The notes beneath the pieces are model-generated. The model saw only the letters and a program-made list of their open reading frames with translations, had not been told where the DNA came from and made no database searches. The translations under genes were made by a program, and so were the position numbers. 57,144 nt of DNA from an uncultured Cyanobium sp. (GTDB lineage Bacteria; Cyanobacteriota; Cyanobacteriia; PCC-6307; Cyanobiaceae): positions 1 through 57,144 of the forward strand of contig CAYVWU010000001.1 of NCBI GenBank assembly GCA_964455575.1. Reading direction: 5' to 3'. How positions within the stretch are numbered: the first letter of the stretch is position 1; each line of letters opens with the position of its first letter. Below are positions 10,050-21,618 of this stretch, piece after piece.

Positions 10050-10086
10050 AAAAACAACCCTCGCCCGCAAACGCGGACGAGGGTTG
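10050..10086 (-). terminator. Rho-independent terminator after glgC
   Basis: caaccctcgcccgc-aaac-gcggacgagggttg hairpin with a U-tract on the minus strand. Confidence 0.75.
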
Positions 10087-10124
10087 GCCATCACTTTCCT
10101 CAGAGCGACACGCGGGCGCTGAGC

Positions 10125-11420
10125 TCAGATGACTGTACCGTCTGCAATCGTGCCGTTTTTGACCACAACAACGATGCCATTACGAATGTAAAAGTTTAAC
10201 TCAGGCCGATCGGCCTCCTCAACATGATCTTTGTTGACAATCGTTACATTGCGGCCGATCCTGACATTCTTGTCGAGAATCGCACGACGCACGGTTGTTC
10301 CCTGGCCAACGCCAATGGGGATTCCACCTCGCTCCCGCAACAGCAGTCGCTCCTGGGAGGATTCAAAATAATCAGCGCCCATCACCAAGGTGTCCTGCAA
10401 GACAACCTCGTCCTCCACGCGCGTGCGAACGCCGAGAACGCAATGGTGAATGCTGCAGGCTTTCAACAAGGAACCCTCACCGACGATGGATGCTGTGACT
10501 TGGGCATCCTGTAGCTTGCTGGGGGGCAAGTAACGAGGCCGGGTATAGATGGGAAACTTTTCATCATAGAACGAAAAAGCCGGATTCGGCTGATCCGTCA
10601 ACGCCAAGTTGGCCTCGTAGAAAGCACCGATTGTTCCGATGTCCTCCCAATAGTCGTCAAAGAGAAAACTCTGCAGGCGATCGCCTCGGGCCAAGGAGTT
10701 CGGAATAATCTCTTTGCCAAAATCAGTAGCCTGAGGATTGGCCGTCAGCAGGTCGAAGAGGGTTTCTCGGCTGAAAACATAAATTCCCATTGAGGCCAAA
10801 TAGGGGCGCTTTTCCGCCTCCTCCGCAGACAACCCCAGCAGGCCGGTATCCACCCTCATCGACTCCAGAGCCGCACCTTTTGGCTTTTCTTTAAACTCAA
10901 GAATGCGACCATCACCAGAGGTTCGCATCAGACCAAACCCCTCAGCCTGCGCGGCATCGACGGGCAATGCCCCTACGGAAAGCTGGGCCCCCGTGTCAAT
11001 GTGATGTTGGACAAACTTGCCGTAATCCATCCGATAGAGCTGGTCACCGGACAGGATCAGGTAATAATCGACATCCCACTCCTGGAAGAGCCACTGATAT
11101 TTTCGTACAGCATCGGCGGTTCCCTCAAACCAACTTGGACTGTCGGGGGTTTGCTGGGCAGCAAGGACTTCAACGAATCCCTGACCAAACCCAGCTGACA
11201 AGTTATAGCTCATTGTCAGGTGCCGATTCAGGGAGGCACTATTAAATTGGGTCAACACATAAATCTTGTTGATCTCCGAATTGATACAATTTGAGATAGG
11301 AATATCAATCAAACGATATTTCCCAGCCAAAGGAACAGCCGGCTTGGCTCTCATTTTGGTCAGGGGATAGAGGCGAGTGCCGGCACCTCCTCCAAGAATG
11401 ATGGCCAGAACGCTTTTCAT
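10125..11420 (-). CDS. glgC: Glucose-1-phosphate adenylyltransferase
   Basis: [36 protein letters not shown] and YWEDIGTI motifs. Confidence 0.98.
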   Translation of the reverse strand: MKSVLAIILGGGAGTRLYPLTKMRAKPAVPLAGKYRLIDIPISNCINSEINKIYVLTQFNSASLNRHLTMSYNLSAGFGQGFVEVLAAQQTPDSPSWFEGTADAVRKYQWLFQEWDVDYYLILSGDQLYRMDYGKFVQHHIDTGAQLSVGALPVDAAQAEGFGLMRTSGDGRILEFKEKPKGAALESMRVDTGLLGLSAEEAEKRPYLASMGIYVFSRETLFDLLTANPQATDFGKEIIPNSLARGDRLQSFLFDDYWEDIGTIGAFYEANLALTDQPNPAFSFYDEKFPIYTRPRYLPPSKLQDAQVTASIVGEGSLLKACSIHHCVLGVRTRVEDEVVLQDTLVMGADYFESSQERLLLRERGGIPIGVGQGTTVRRAILDKNVRIGRNVTIVNKDHVEEADRPELNFYIRNGIVVVVKNGTIADGTVI

Positions 11421-11531
11421 GTTCGCCAAACTTCCTTCATGGCTTGCTGACCGTAACTGAGCACCCCTCACAGACGGGAGTAACGGCGACACTTCGATGC
11501 ACTTCCGCAGAATCGGCAAGGGGGGGTGCCA

Positions 11532-12842
11532 TCAGTCCTCGTCCTGGGGGTGACCCAGAGCAAACAACTCTTCCAGGATCCGCATGGCAGCAAGCCGCTG
11601 GCTGCGAGGTTGGGGTGAGCGCAGGTGTGTAACTGGTCCATGCAGGATTTTGTTGACAATGCCTTTGGTGAGCGCCTCTACAACCTTCCGCTCGCGGGAT
11701 GAGAGATCAGGGCCCATTCGCGACAGGGCCTTCTGAAGCTCCTGTTCACGGATCTCCTCCAACTGGAGTCGGAGACGATTGACGAGGGGGACCGCTTCCA
11801 GTCCATCCCACCATTCTAAAAAAAGACGAGATTCTTCCTGAAGCAGGGCTTCAGCCTCGGCTGCGATTTCTTTGCGTGCCTCCTGATTGCGGGCGACCAC
11901 CTCCTGCAGGTCATCCACATCAAAGCGCGCCACACCGGGGAGCTCCGCCACATCGCCGCTGATGTTCCGAGGGACCCCGATATCAATCAACATCAACGCG
12001 GAGCGTCGGTTGAGCTTCTCCAGTCGCTCACGGGTGATCATCGGCTCCTCAGCAGCGGTGCTGGTGAACACCAAGGAGCAGGTGCTGAGGCAATGATCGA
12101 GATCGTCCAAAGGACGACATTGCACTGGCAGATCGGGGAAATCCGTGGCCAACGCCTCGGCACGTGCCAGGGTGCGATTCAACAGCACGGCGCCTGGGCA
12201 TCCCTTGGACCGAAGATGCTGAAGCAGGAGGCGGGCCATGCGCCCGGCACCGACCACGGCCACCTGTTCCTGATCCAAGGGCACCAGCTCCTCCAAACCA
12301 CGGGCTTGACCCACTTTCAATTGCGCCAATTCCACAGCCGCGGAACTGATCGAGACCGCGCCCGTGCCCAGATTGGTCTCCGAGCGAACGCGCTTGCCGG
12401 TGCTGACAGCTTGGTTGAGCAGACGATTGAGGATCGGGCCGACGGAGCGATACTCCTGACCCAGTCGCACCATCTTCTTCACCTGGGAGAGGATCTGGCC
12501 TTCTCCGAGCACCAGACTGTCCAGCCCGGCGGCAACCCGTAAGAGATGGGCGACCGCGTCAGCATGGTGATACGTGAAGAGATGGGGCGTGAGATCCGCG
12601 AGGTCCAGGCCGGACATCTGGCTGAGGAAGGCACCCACCGCATCAATGCCCTGTTCGGGATGGCGAAGCAGGGCATAGATTTCAAGGCGGTTGCAGGTGC
12701 TGAGGATGGAAGCCTCCAGCACCTGCTCATCAGCCCTGAGCTGCTGCAGAGACGCCTCCATGGCTTGCTCGGAGATGCTCAGCCGCTCCCGTACTTCAAC
12801 GGGAGCCGTCCGGTGGCTGAGGCCGACAACGGCGATATGCAT
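11532..12842 (-). CDS. hemA: Glutamyl-tRNA reductase
   Basis: GLSHRTAPVEVRE, STCNRLEIY, GEGQILSQV and DIGVPRNI motifs. Confidence 0.98.
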   Translation of the reverse strand: MHIAVVGLSHRTAPVEVRERLSISEQAMEASLQQLRADEQVLEASILSTCNRLEIYALLRHPEQGIDAVGAFLSQMSGLDLADLTPHLFTYHHADAVAHLLRVAAGLDSLVLGEGQILSQVKKMVRLGQEYRSVGPILNRLLNQAVSTGKRVRSETNLGTGAVSISSAAVELAQLKVGQARGLEELVPLDQEQVAVVGAGRMARLLLQHLRSKGCPGAVLLNRTLARAEALATDFPDLPVQCRPLDDLDHCLSTCSLVFTSTAAEEPMITRERLEKLNRRSALMLIDIGVPRNISGDVAELPGVARFDVDDLQEVVARNQEARKEIAAEAEALLQEESRLFLEWWDGLEAVPLVNRLRLQLEEIREQELQKALSRMGPDLSSRERKVVEALTKGIVNKILHGPVTHLRSPQPRSQRLAAMRILEELFALGHPQDED

Positions 12843-12880
12843 GGAGCAGGGCTGAGAACGACGAACGTGAACGACCAGGC

Positions 12881-13885
12881 TCAGGACAGAGCCACGCGCT
12901 TCGCCCCAGGCTTGATGTGCACAGTATCAATGAAACGGGCACTGCTATCCAGGGAGGAGATGATCAGGCTGCTGGTGCGGGTGCAATCGGGCTCGAATTT
13001 GACACCCTTGAAGAGCAGGCCGTCGGTGATGCCGGAGGCGGCGAAGACCACATGCTGTCCACCGGCGAGTTCCGAAGCCTCATACACACGATCGGGGTCC
13101 GTGATCCCCATCTCCTCGAGGCGCTTGAGGTTGCCTTCCCGGGTCAGGCCTTCCCACTCCTTGGTTTGGGCGACGGCCGGGTCATAAACGAGCTGGCCCT
13201 GGAAGTGGCCACCGAGGCAGCGCATGGCCGCGGCGGAGATGACGCCTTCAGGAGCCGCACCGATGCCCATCAGGGCATGGGTGCCCGTGCCGTCGAAACC
13301 GCAGGCAATCGCCGCGCTCACATCGCCGTCGCTGATGGGCTTGACGCGGGCACCCGCGGCACGGATCTCGGCGATCAGACCCTTGTGGCGGGCGCGATCC
13401 ATGCAGACGATGACGAGTTCATCCAAACCAAGACCAAGACAATCGGCGAGAATTTTCAGGTTTTCAGTCGCGGAATTGCGAATATCCACCTTCCCTTTGG
13501 CCGCGGGCGGCGCGGCCAGTTTGTTCATGTAAAAGTCAGGAGCATTGAAGAGACCGCCACGCTCGCTGGCCGCCAGAACGGCCATGGAACCGTCCTGGGC
13601 GTTGGCACAGAGATTGGTGCCTTCGCAGGGGTCTACCGCGAAATCAACCCCGGGACCGACGCCGCTGCCGACTTCCTCACCGATGTAAAGCATCGGAGCC
13701 TCATCCCGCTCCCCCTCACCGATGACGATCCGACCCTGCATGGCAATCTGCCCCATGCGTTGGCGCATGGCCTCGACGGCTGCCTGGTCTGCCTCATTTT
13801 TTTTACCGTGGCCGGTGAGCTTGGCCGAGGCGATGGCGGCCTGCTCAACGACTTCAAGCAGTTCCTGGATGATGGTGCGATCCAC
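12881..13885 (-). CDS. glpX: Class II fructose-1,6-/sedoheptulose-1,7-bisphosphatase
   Basis: [24 protein letters not shown] and GAAPEGV motifs. Confidence 0.98.
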   Translation of the reverse strand: MDRTIIQELLEVVEQAAIASAKLTGHGKKNEADQAAVEAMRQRMGQIAMQGRIVIGEGERDEAPMLYIGEEVGSGVGPGVDFAVDPCEGTNLCANAQDGSMAVLAASERGGLFNAPDFYMNKLAAPPAAKGKVDIRNSATENLKILADCLGLGLDELVIVCMDRARHKGLIAEIRAAGARVKPISDGDVSAAIACGFDGTGTHALMGIGAAPEGVISAAAMRCLGGHFQGQLVYDPAVAQTKEWEGLTREGNLKRLEEMGITDPDRVYEASELAGGQHVVFAASGITDGLLFKGVKFEPDCTRTSSLIISSLDSSARFIDTVHIKPGAKRVALS

Positions 13886-14127
13886 GGGAAGCGGGCAAGG
13901 GAAAGGGCCTCAGGAAGGACGGGCAATGGGTGGAGGCTCTTGCTAGAGCTGTCTCGCCGAAGCCTGAAAAGAGACCGAAAGCGGGTCTCTCACCTTGAAG
14001 CGGCGCCATCGTATCAGCGCTTGCGACCCCGGCCCCCTGGAGGGGCGCCGGGCCGAGCCCTCAGCGACCGAGGGGACTGGGTGCTCAGGTGTGACTAAAA
14101 TCCCAGGGCCGTCGCCCCATGAGACCC

Positions 14128-14811
14128 ATGAGCACAAAACCCCTCGTGGTCGCACCATCGATCCTTTCCGCGGATTTTTCCAGACTTGGGGACGATGTTC
14201 GCGCCGTGGATCAGGCCGGGGCTGACTGGATTCACGTGGATGTGATGGATGGTCGCTTCGTGCCCAACATCACGATCGGTCCTCTGATCGTAGAAGCCCT
14301 GAGACCAGTCACCACCAAGCCCCTCGATGTCCACCTGATGATTGTTGAACCGGAAAAGTATGTTCCGGAGTTTGCCAAAGCAGGCGCCGACATCATCAGC
14401 GTACAAGTTGAAGCCTGTCCTCATCTTCATCGCAATCTCGGCCAGATCAAGGAGCTTGGGAAGAAGGCCGGAGCGGTGCTCAACCCCGGCACGCCGATCG
14501 ACACTTTGGAGTATTGCCTAGAACTGTGTGACCTGGTTCTGATTATGAGCGTCAATCCGGGATTTGGCGGGCAAAGTTTTATCGAAAACCAGGTGCAGAA
14601 GATCCGAGACCTGCGGCGTCTTTGTGACCAGAAAGGCTTGGACCCATGGATCGAGGTCGACGGCGGCATCAAGCCAGCCAATGCGTGGAAAGTCATCGAA
14701 GCAGGCGCCAATGCCATCGTTTCTGGCTCAGGCGTCTTTGGCGCTGCCGACTACGCAGATGCCATTCGAGGGATTCGCGCCAGCCGCCGTCCTGAGCCCG
14801 CTCTGGTTTGA
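14128..14811 (+). CDS. rpe: Ribulose-phosphate 3-epimerase
   Basis: [26 protein letters not shown] and EVDGG motifs. Confidence 0.98.
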   Translation: MSTKPLVVAPSILSADFSRLGDDVRAVDQAGADWIHVDVMDGRFVPNITIGPLIVEALRPVTTKPLDVHLMIVEPEKYVPEFAKAGADIISVQVEACPHLHRNLGQIKELGKKAGAVLNPGTPIDTLEYCLELCDLVLIMSVNPGFGGQSFIENQVQKIRDLRRLCDQKGLDPWIEVDGGIKPANAWKVIEAGANAIVSGSGVFGAADYADAIRGIRASRRPEPALV

Positions 14812-14836
14812 GCTCAACTTGAAAGGGAGGGCACCC

Positions 14837-15781
14837 TCAAGAGAGGGTGCCAAAAAACCATCCGTAACTATGGAGTCCAATTCCCAAGAGATTGACGCCG
14901 ATATAGCAAACAGCGATTACCACTAATCCTGCGGCGGCCACAAAGGCGGGTTTGCGTCCCTGCCAACCTCTGACCAGCCGCGTATGCAGGTAGGCCGCGT
15001 AAACCAGCCAGGTGATGAAAGCCCAGGTCTCCTTGGGATCCCAACTCCACCAGGATCCCCACGCCTCGTTTGCCCAGACTGCTCCGCTGATCAGTCCCAC
15101 CGTAAGCAGGAGAAATCCCACGGTGATGGTGCGGTAGCTCAGGCTGTCCAATTCCTCACTGGATCGGAAAGCCGTGCTGCGCAGCTGGGACGAGGGTGAA
15201 CCAGAGGACAAGGCTTCCGCCTGCCGAAAGCTGCCTGCACCGATCGAACTGCTGCGCAATTCCAAGACTTCGGCACGATCCGTGAACAAGACGGCGACAC
15301 TCAAGAGGGAGCCGACCAACAAGGCGGCGTAGCTCAGCATGATGACGCTGACATGCATCACCAACCAGCTGGATCGCAAAGCGGGAACGAGGGGGGAGGC
15401 TTCCTGAAGGCGATCAGGCAGGGCGAAACTGGCAAACGCCACGCAACCCAAAGCCATCGGTGTTGCTGCCGCGGGCACCAAGGCATTGGGCCAAGACCGC
15501 TCCACCAGGAGCTGTGTCAAGGTGCATCCCCAGGCCAGGAAGCAGAGTGATTCATAAAGATTGCTAATCGGGAAATGCCCGGAATCCCACCAACGCAAGA
15601 CCAATTGTGCCGTGAGGCAGAGATTGGCACAGGCGACAAGCACGCGGACGAGGGAGCTGGAGCGACCCGCGCTCAGGGACCAGAAGGCGATGGGGAGCGC
15701 CAGGAGCAGCAGGGCGAAGGCGGTGAGCCCAAGGCCAAGGACAGGATCGGCCGCCAGATCGGGCACGGACACGACAACCAA
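14837..15781 (-). CDS. ccsB: c-type cytochrome biogenesis protein (system II, WWD domain)
   Basis: [17 protein letters not shown] and [18 protein letters not shown] motifs; exact start uncertain. Confidence 0.95.
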   Translation of the reverse strand: MVVVSVPDLAADPVLGLGLTAFALLLLALPIAFWSLSAGRSSSLVRVLVACANLCLTAQLVLRWWDSGHFPISNLYESLCFLAWGCTLTQLLVERSWPNALVPAAATPMALGCVAFASFALPDRLQEASPLVPALRSSWLVMHVSVIMLSYAALLVGSLLSVAVLFTDRAEVLELRSSSIGAGSFRQAEALSSGSPSSQLRSTAFRSSEELDSLSYRTITVGFLLLTVGLISGAVWANEAWGSWWSWDPKETWAFITWLVYAAYLHTRLVRGWQGRKPAFVAAAGLVVIAVCYIGVNLLGIGLHSYGWFFGTLS

Positions 15782-15829
15782 GAGAAGACTCCCCCAGTTT
15801 GCCGCCTCAAGGTGGGAGCCCGCTGGCGA

Positions 15830-17047
15830 TCAGCGACTGGACTGGCGCAAGAGGTAGAGCCCAGCACCCAGGCCGATGAACACTGGCAGCCAGGCGGAGA
15901 AAAATGGGGACAAGGAGCCGGTGATGCCAAGCGAACTGAAGATGAACGACATCAAGTAATAAGAAAAGATCAGCAAAACACTGATGCCGAATCCTTGAGA
16001 CCTGCTGGTGCGTGCATGGGGACGGACTCCGAGGCTGCTGCCGATGAGACCAAAAACAAAGCAGATGGCTGGAAAGGCAAACTTCTCCTGAATACGGACG
16101 CGAATGCGGCGAGCCTCTTTCTGATTGTTGGCCTGAAGCAGCAAGCGTTCTGCACGCAAGGCTTGTCCGACGGTCATCGTCGCGGGATCAGTGGGTAACT
16201 TGGCGACGTCGAGGAGGTCTCTGGTCAATGGGTAGAAGTAGCGGTCGAAGACGGCTGAGGTGGTGGCACCCGTCTTTTCATCGAGGCTGACAATGCGACC
16301 ATCGAAAAATTCCCACATGGACTGTTGCTCATTCCATTTGCCTCGTTTTGCCATCAACATCTGACGCTGGCCCATACGTGAGAAATCCAAAAGGGTGACG
16401 TCCAACATTTCTCCGCGTCGGAACATCCGCGAATAAAAAAGATGCGTCAACGCCCTTCGACTCTCGCCTTCATCAGTTTCAAGACGTCCAAATCGAGAAT
16501 AGATAATGTTGTCGCCACGTTCATTAGTCAAAGCCTTGCCCAAGGCTGTTTCGAGAGCCTGCGTCGCCATGAGATTCGTCCGTGGAACGATCAAATCATT
16601 GAAAGCAAACGTCAACAGACTCATCAACAATGAGAGCGCAAGTGCAGGAAGCACAATGCGCCATGTTCGGACACCAAGACTCCGCAGCGCGGTGAGTTCG
16701 CAGCTTCCCGAGAGTCGGCTATACGCCAGCAACGTGGCCATCAAGGTGGCCATCGGGAAGGCCAACACAAGAAAACCTGGCAGACGCAAAACAAGCACCT
16801 GCACCGCGGTGATCACAGGCAAGCCCGACTCAGCAATTCGCCGGACAAGCTCAAATACCACACCCACCGAAAGAGAAACGGCCGTGAAGGCGGCGATGCC
16901 GAACAGCAGAGGGCCCAGAAGCTCATTGAGCAGCCAGCGATCGAGAAGCGCGACCGACCACTTCTTCTGCAACAAAACGTAAGGACGAAGGCGTCGGAGG
17001 AAGGTGTTTACCCTGGAGAAGATCGGTTCGATAGATGGACACTTCAT
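15830..17047 (-). CDS. LptF/LptG family LPS export permease
   Basis: LDRWLLNELLGP, ELTALRSLG, 3+3 TM architecture; coupled to lptB. Confidence 0.92.
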   Translation of the reverse strand: MKCPSIEPIFSRVNTFLRRLRPYVLLQKKWSVALLDRWLLNELLGPLLFGIAAFTAVSLSVGVVFELVRRIAESGLPVITAVQVLVLRLPGFLVLAFPMATLMATLLAYSRLSGSCELTALRSLGVRTWRIVLPALALSLLMSLLTFAFNDLIVPRTNLMATQALETALGKALTNERGDNIIYSRFGRLETDEGESRRALTHLFYSRMFRRGEMLDVTLLDFSRMGQRQMLMAKRGKWNEQQSMWEFFDGRIVSLDEKTGATTSAVFDRYFYPLTRDLLDVAKLPTDPATMTVGQALRAERLLLQANNQKEARRIRVRIQEKFAFPAICFVFGLIGSSLGVRPHARTSRSQGFGISVLLIFSYYLMSFIFSSLGITGSLSPFFSAWLPVFIGLGAGLYLLRQSSR

Positions 17048-17775
17048 TACAACTTAAATGCCTCTCCTAAGTAATGACGACGCACCAAAGCATCCGCGGC
17101 CAGTTGCTCGGATGATCCGGAGGCCAGAATGCGACCATCCGTCATGATGTACGACCGGTCTGTGATCGCCAGCGTTTCACGCACGTTGTGATCGGTAATC
17201 AGAATTCCCATACCCCGAGATCGAAGGCCATGGATCAAATCTTGCAAGTCAGCGACGGCCAGCGGATCAACCCCAGCGAATGGTTCATCCAACAGCAAGT
17301 AGCGCGGTCCATTTTGTCCCACTGCCAATGCCCGTGCCACCTCTGTTCGACGACGCTCCCCCCCGGACAGTTGGAAGCCCTTGCGGGTCTGAAAGGCAAC
17401 CAAATGGAACTCATTGATCAAAGACTCCAAACGTTGGCGCGCATCCTGTGGAGGAATCTGAGAAACCTCCAGAGCCAAGCGTAGATTGTCACGGACGGTG
17501 AGATTGCGGAAAACACTGGCTTCTTGAGGCAGGTAACCGATACCCAGTCGCGCTCGGACAGGCATTGGCATGGCCGAAACAGATTGACCATCGAGGTGGA
17601 CATCACCTTGATCTGGTCTTAACAGCCCCGTGACCAGATTAAATGTGGTTGTTTTTCCAGCACCGTTGGGGCCGAGAAGACCGACGACCTCTCCAGGCTC
17701 CAAATGGAGACTCACGCCTTGCACCAAGGGCCGTCCCGAAAGCGAGATCGCCACACGATCCAGGGCCAAAGTCAT
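17047..17775 (-). CDS. lptB: LPS export ABC transporter ATPase
   Basis: GPNGAGKTT, YLPQEASVF, LSGGERRR, LDEPFAGVDP and ITDHNVRETL motifs. Confidence 0.96.
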   Translation of the reverse strand: MTLALDRVAISLSGRPLVQGVSLHLEPGEVVGLLGPNGAGKTTTFNLVTGLLRPDQGDVHLDGQSVSAMPMPVRARLGIGYLPQEASVFRNLTVRDNLRLALEVSQIPPQDARQRLESLINEFHLVAFQTRKGFQLSGGERRRTEVARALAVGQNGPRYLLLDEPFAGVDPLAVADLQDLIHGLRSRGMGILITDHNVRETLAITDRSYIMTDGRILASGSSEQLAADALVRRHYLGEAFKL

Positions 17776-18272
17776 GGATTCTGTGCACCCGCCGGAGAAT
17801 TATTCTGCGGAATGGACAGACGCAGGCGACTCTTCACCTGTTGACCAGCGGCAGGTTGAGCGACGAGGCGCTCCTGATCCAGGTTGTAGATCAAGCGCTC
17901 AGCACGAATGCGCTGACCTTGGGCATCGATCACATCCACATCACCCGAGAGGACGAGTCGCCCCTCCTTGGTGAAATACTGTGCTTGGCGCGAGGTGGCC
18001 ACCATCCCACGATCCGGATATGTGATTTTCACGTTGCCAGTGGCTGTGACAACACCGGTTTGATTATCCCCTTGCTGCATATCAGACTCGATCGTCACGA
18101 GCCCATCATTCGGAGCTGCTGTCGGTGGAGCAGACGACGGCGGTGGCGAAGACATGGGCGTGGACGCTGGCGTAGGGGTGACGAGGAGCGTCGTGGACAG
18201 GAACCAGAAACCCAGGGCAAGGAGCCTGACGTTCAACAGGCGCACGTGCCTCGGACCGGAGAAGGACTCCAT
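17772..18272 (-). CDS. lptA: LptA/OstA family periplasmic protein
   Basis: Signal peptide, TIESD...VTATGNV...LVLSGDV beta-jellyroll pattern; lpt operon context. Confidence 0.85.
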   Translation of the reverse strand: MESFSGPRHVRLLNVRLLALGFWFLSTTLLVTPTPASTPMSSPPPSSAPPTAAPNDGLVTIESDMQQGDNQTGVVTATGNVKITYPDRGMVATSRQAQYFTKEGRLVLSGDVDVIDAQGQRIRAERLIYNLDQERLVAQPAAGQQVKSRLRLSIPQNNSPAGAQNP

Positions 18273-18300
18273 CGGTTACTGAATCGTCAATAAAAGCACT

Positions 18301-18696
18301 TTAGACTTCGCTTGGCACCGATGGCTTCAATTGTGGCAGTGGTAGATCGTCCAGGATCTGACTGGCTTGTAATCGGGAAAGACGCTGACGCACGGTTGAT
18401 TTCAACGCCTGCAAATCAAATCCCAAGAGCTGTGGGGGAGATTGATTGAGATGATTCAATCCCTCTGCCATCAACAGCAGAGAACCTCTCAGGTTGCCAT
18501 TAAGAAGATGGTGCTCAGCAACAGCAACCTGGATGATTCCATGTAAAGCATGCCGTTCGTCTCCAGAAGCTTCGTGCCAAAGCTCCTCGAAACCATCATG
18601 GGCAGCATACCAGTCAAAGGTATTGAAGAGATGAGTTGCCTGAAGCAGGCGTTCATCGAATCCTTGTGATTGGAGAGGCGGCCCAGATGATGTCAT
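18301..18696 (-). CDS. DUF309 domain protein
   Basis: LFN..DWYAAHDGFEELW...LHGIIQVAV motif. Confidence 0.88.
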   Translation of the reverse strand: MTSSGPPLQSQGFDERLLQATHLFNTFDWYAAHDGFEELWHEASGDERHALHGIIQVAVAEHHLLNGNLRGSLLLMAEGLNHLNQSPPQLLGFDLQALKSTVRQRLSRLQASQILDDLPLPQLKPSVPSEV

Positions 18697-20489
18697 CGTT
18701 TAACGGGCTTTTTCGCAGGAATCTTACGAAGACGAATATTTTCAGGAGTTACTTCAAGCATTTCATCGGAGCCGATATATTCCAGAGCGCGTTCGAGTGT
18801 CATGTGCACAGGAGCTTGCAGCGTGTCCAACTCTTCTGCGCCCGCTGAACGCATGTTGGTCAACTGTTTGGTCTTACAAATGTTGATTTCCAGATCCTGA
18901 GCGCGATTATTCTCTCCAATGATCATGCCCTTGTAGACCTTGGTTCCAGGGGAGATAAAGAATTGTCCGCGATCCTCAGCATTTTTCAGCGCATAGAAGG
19001 TCGCTACACCTTCTTCAAAGGCAATCAGGACTCCATTGCGTCTCACATCATAGTTACCCTGGATAGGTCGATAGTCCAAAAATGAATGGCTCATGATTCC
19101 TTCTCCACGGGTGGAGCGAATAAAATCACCCCTAAAGCCAATAAGGCCGCGTGAAGGCACGACAAACTCCAATTGTACGCGACCATCCGTGGCACTTTCC
19201 ATATTCTTCATTTCTGCCTTCCGAGATCCAAGCTTCTCGATACAAACGCCCACATTGGCCTCTGGAACGTCGATCACCAACAATTCGTAAGGCTCGTGGG
19301 GAATGCCATCAATTTCGCGAAAAATCACTTGTGGCTGACTGACTTGAAACTCATAGCCTTCGCGACGCATGGTCTCAATGAGGATGCCGAGATGCAGTTC
19401 CCCTCGGCCACTCACCAACCAACGGTCGGGAGAATCCGTATCTTCCAAGCGAAGAGCCACGTTGGTGAGTAGCTCTCGCTGCAAACGATCACGAACTTGA
19501 CGACTGGTGACAAATTTGCCCTCCTTGCCAGCGAAAGGAGAATCGTTCACAACAAATGTCATCTGTAAGGTTGGCTCATCAACCTTGATCAGCGGGAGGG
19601 CCTCTGGGTGGTCAGGACAGGCGACAGTCTCACCGATATTGACATCATCAAAACCAGCCAAAGCAATGATATCCCCTGCGGAAGCCTGGTCAACCTCAAT
19701 TCTTCGCAAACCCTGGAATCCCAACAGCTTGGTGACTCGACCACGCTTGATGCTGCCATCATCGCGAATCAAGGCAACTGTCTGACCATTCTTTATGGTG
19801 CCATTGTGAACACGACCGATAATGATGCGACCCAAGAAGTCGTTGTAATCAAGGCTTGTAACTTGAAGCTGAAGGGGCTTTTCCGGATCGCCAACCGGTG
19901 GTGGGACATGTCTCAGGATGGCATCAAAGAGAGGCGCCATGGAATCACTCTCGGTAGCCATGTCCGGCTTGGCATACCCACCCATCCCACTACCAAAAAG
20001 ATAGGGGAAATCACACTGATCGTCATCGGCGCCAAGCTCCAGGAAAAGGTCTAACACCTTGTCAAGAGCCTGCTCCGGCTCAACGCGGGCGCGATCAATT
20101 TTGTTGACAAAGACAATAGGTCGCAGTCCCTTTTCCAAGGCCTTCTTTAAGACAAATCTTGTCTGGGGCATTGGCCCCTCATTGGCATCAACGATCAAGA
20201 GACAGCCATCGACCATGCCGAGGACACGCTCTACCTCCCCACCAAAATCAGCGTGACCAGGAGTATCAACGATATTGATCCGAACACCATGATAATCAAC
20301 GGCTGTATTCTTTGAAAGAATAGTGATACCACGCTCACGCTCTAAGTCATTAGAGTCAAGAATGCAAACGGGAATTTCCTCTCCTTCACGAAACACCCCT
20401 GACTGGGTCAGCAAAGCATCAACCAGGGTTGTCTTGCCATGGTCCACGTGAGCAATTATGGCGATATTTCGGATTTGAATTCCTTTCAT
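18693..20489 (-). CDS. typA: Translational GTPase TypA/BipA
   Basis: [35 protein letters not shown] and [11 protein letters not shown] motifs. Confidence 0.98.
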   Translation of the reverse strand: MKGIQIRNIAIIAHVDHGKTTLVDALLTQSGVFREGEEIPVCILDSNDLERERGITILSKNTAVDYHGVRINIVDTPGHADFGGEVERVLGMVDGCLLIVDANEGPMPQTRFVLKKALEKGLRPIVFVNKIDRARVEPEQALDKVLDLFLELGADDDQCDFPYLFGSGMGGYAKPDMATESDSMAPLFDAILRHVPPPVGDPEKPLQLQVTSLDYNDFLGRIIIGRVHNGTIKNGQTVALIRDDGSIKRGRVTKLLGFQGLRRIEVDQASAGDIIALAGFDDVNIGETVACPDHPEALPLIKVDEPTLQMTFVVNDSPFAGKEGKFVTSRQVRDRLQRELLTNVALRLEDTDSPDRWLVSGRGELHLGILIETMRREGYEFQVSQPQVIFREIDGIPHEPYELLVIDVPEANVGVCIEKLGSRKAEMKNMESATDGRVQLEFVVPSRGLIGFRGDFIRSTRGEGIMSHSFLDYRPIQGNYDVRRNGVLIAFEEGVATFYALKNAEDRGQFFISPGTKVYKGMIIGENNRAQDLEINICKTKQLTNMRSAGAEELDTLQAPVHMTLERALEYIGSDEMLEVTPENIRLRKIPAKKPVKR

Positions 20490-20678
20490 TTGGTTGTCAG
20501 ACAGGGGAGTGAGTGTAGGGGAGAGGATAGAAGCTGGTCGCGCCACCAGCAGAAGTGGTAAGGAGGTTGAGAGCAGGGGTAGAGGGGTTGAGGGGTTGAG
20601 GCTTCTCTGAGGCGGCTGGTAAGCAGCGACGCATGCGCAGGAGACTGTTCATCCTACTCCTTAGCGGTCTCAATGGTC

Positions 20679-21446
20679 TCAGGACTTGGAAGCGTGCTGC
20701 AGGCGTTGCGCGGGTTCAAAAAGACGCAGCGCTTCGACAGAGCCCTCATACCGCCAGTGCCAAGGTTCGAAGTTCACCCCCTGGGGGTTGTCCGGAGGGA
20801 AGGACAGGGCGAACTGATAACGAGCAGCATTTTTGAGAAGCCAGCGATAAGTTGGAGAGTCAGCGAACGTTGGAGATAGGTTGCTCTGAGGACGGCTGGG
20901 ATCGCCCACATCGATCGCGTAGCCCGTACTGTGCTCGGAGAACCCGGGCGGGGCACTAACTTTTGCCCGATCACTGGCGCGCTGGTTCCTTTCGGCCTTG
21001 ATGTCAAAAAAGAGCTGTTCCTGGTCGGCGACGGAGCGGAAGGCGCTCAGGACAACAAAGGGAACGCCATCCGAGGCCGCCGCTTGCTGCATGGCGAGCA
21101 GGCTGGAGGCGGCGTCGCGATGCAGGCGCACGCCAGGAGCGATGGAAACCAACCGCGAAGCCTTGGCTTCTGGATAAGGAAAATGCCCCAGCAGACGTCC
21201 ATCTCGGCTCCGCTGGCCCTGGAGGCTGGCCAAGGCGGGACCTTTGCTGGGGTTCATGAGAGAACGGGAGGCCAGCACGAGGCCGATACCGATCGCGAGG
21301 AGGAGAACAGACCTCAAGAGGATGGACCACAGGGTGCGTGGGGGCTGGTCACGCGTTCGCAGGGGAGTGGACCTCCGCGCCAAGGGTATGTCATCTGGCA
21401 GGGAGGACTTCCGGGAACCCTGTCCAGATCTCCTGGATTTCCGCAA
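20679..21446 (-). CDS. D-Ala-D-Ala carboxypeptidase (M15B/VanY family)
   Basis: N-terminal TM, SAFRS, SEHSTGYAID and EPWHWRY zinc motifs. Confidence 0.92.
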   Translation of the reverse strand: MRKSRRSGQGSRKSSLPDDIPLARRSTPLRTRDQPPRTLWSILLRSVLLLAIGIGLVLASRSLMNPSKGPALASLQGQRSRDGRLLGHFPYPEAKASRLVSIAPGVRLHRDAASSLLAMQQAAASDGVPFVVLSAFRSVADQEQLFFDIKAERNQRASDRAKVSAPPGFSEHSTGYAIDVGDPSRPQSNLSPTFADSPTYRWLLKNAARYQFALSFPPDNPQGVNFEPWHWRYEGSVEALRLFEPAQRLQHASKS

Positions 21447-21618
21447 TCGTCTTCAGGGTGGAGGGCTAGGAAGCGTGGAGGAGACCAGTGCCAAACTCCA
21501 GGTGGAGGATAGGCGTTGGCTGATTTGACCTATCTTAAGACATAGAGTTGCAGTTCCCCCCATCACCCGCACTGAGGTGTTACGTTGCCAGTGCGTTCCT
21601 GACCAGATCGGTTTCGAA

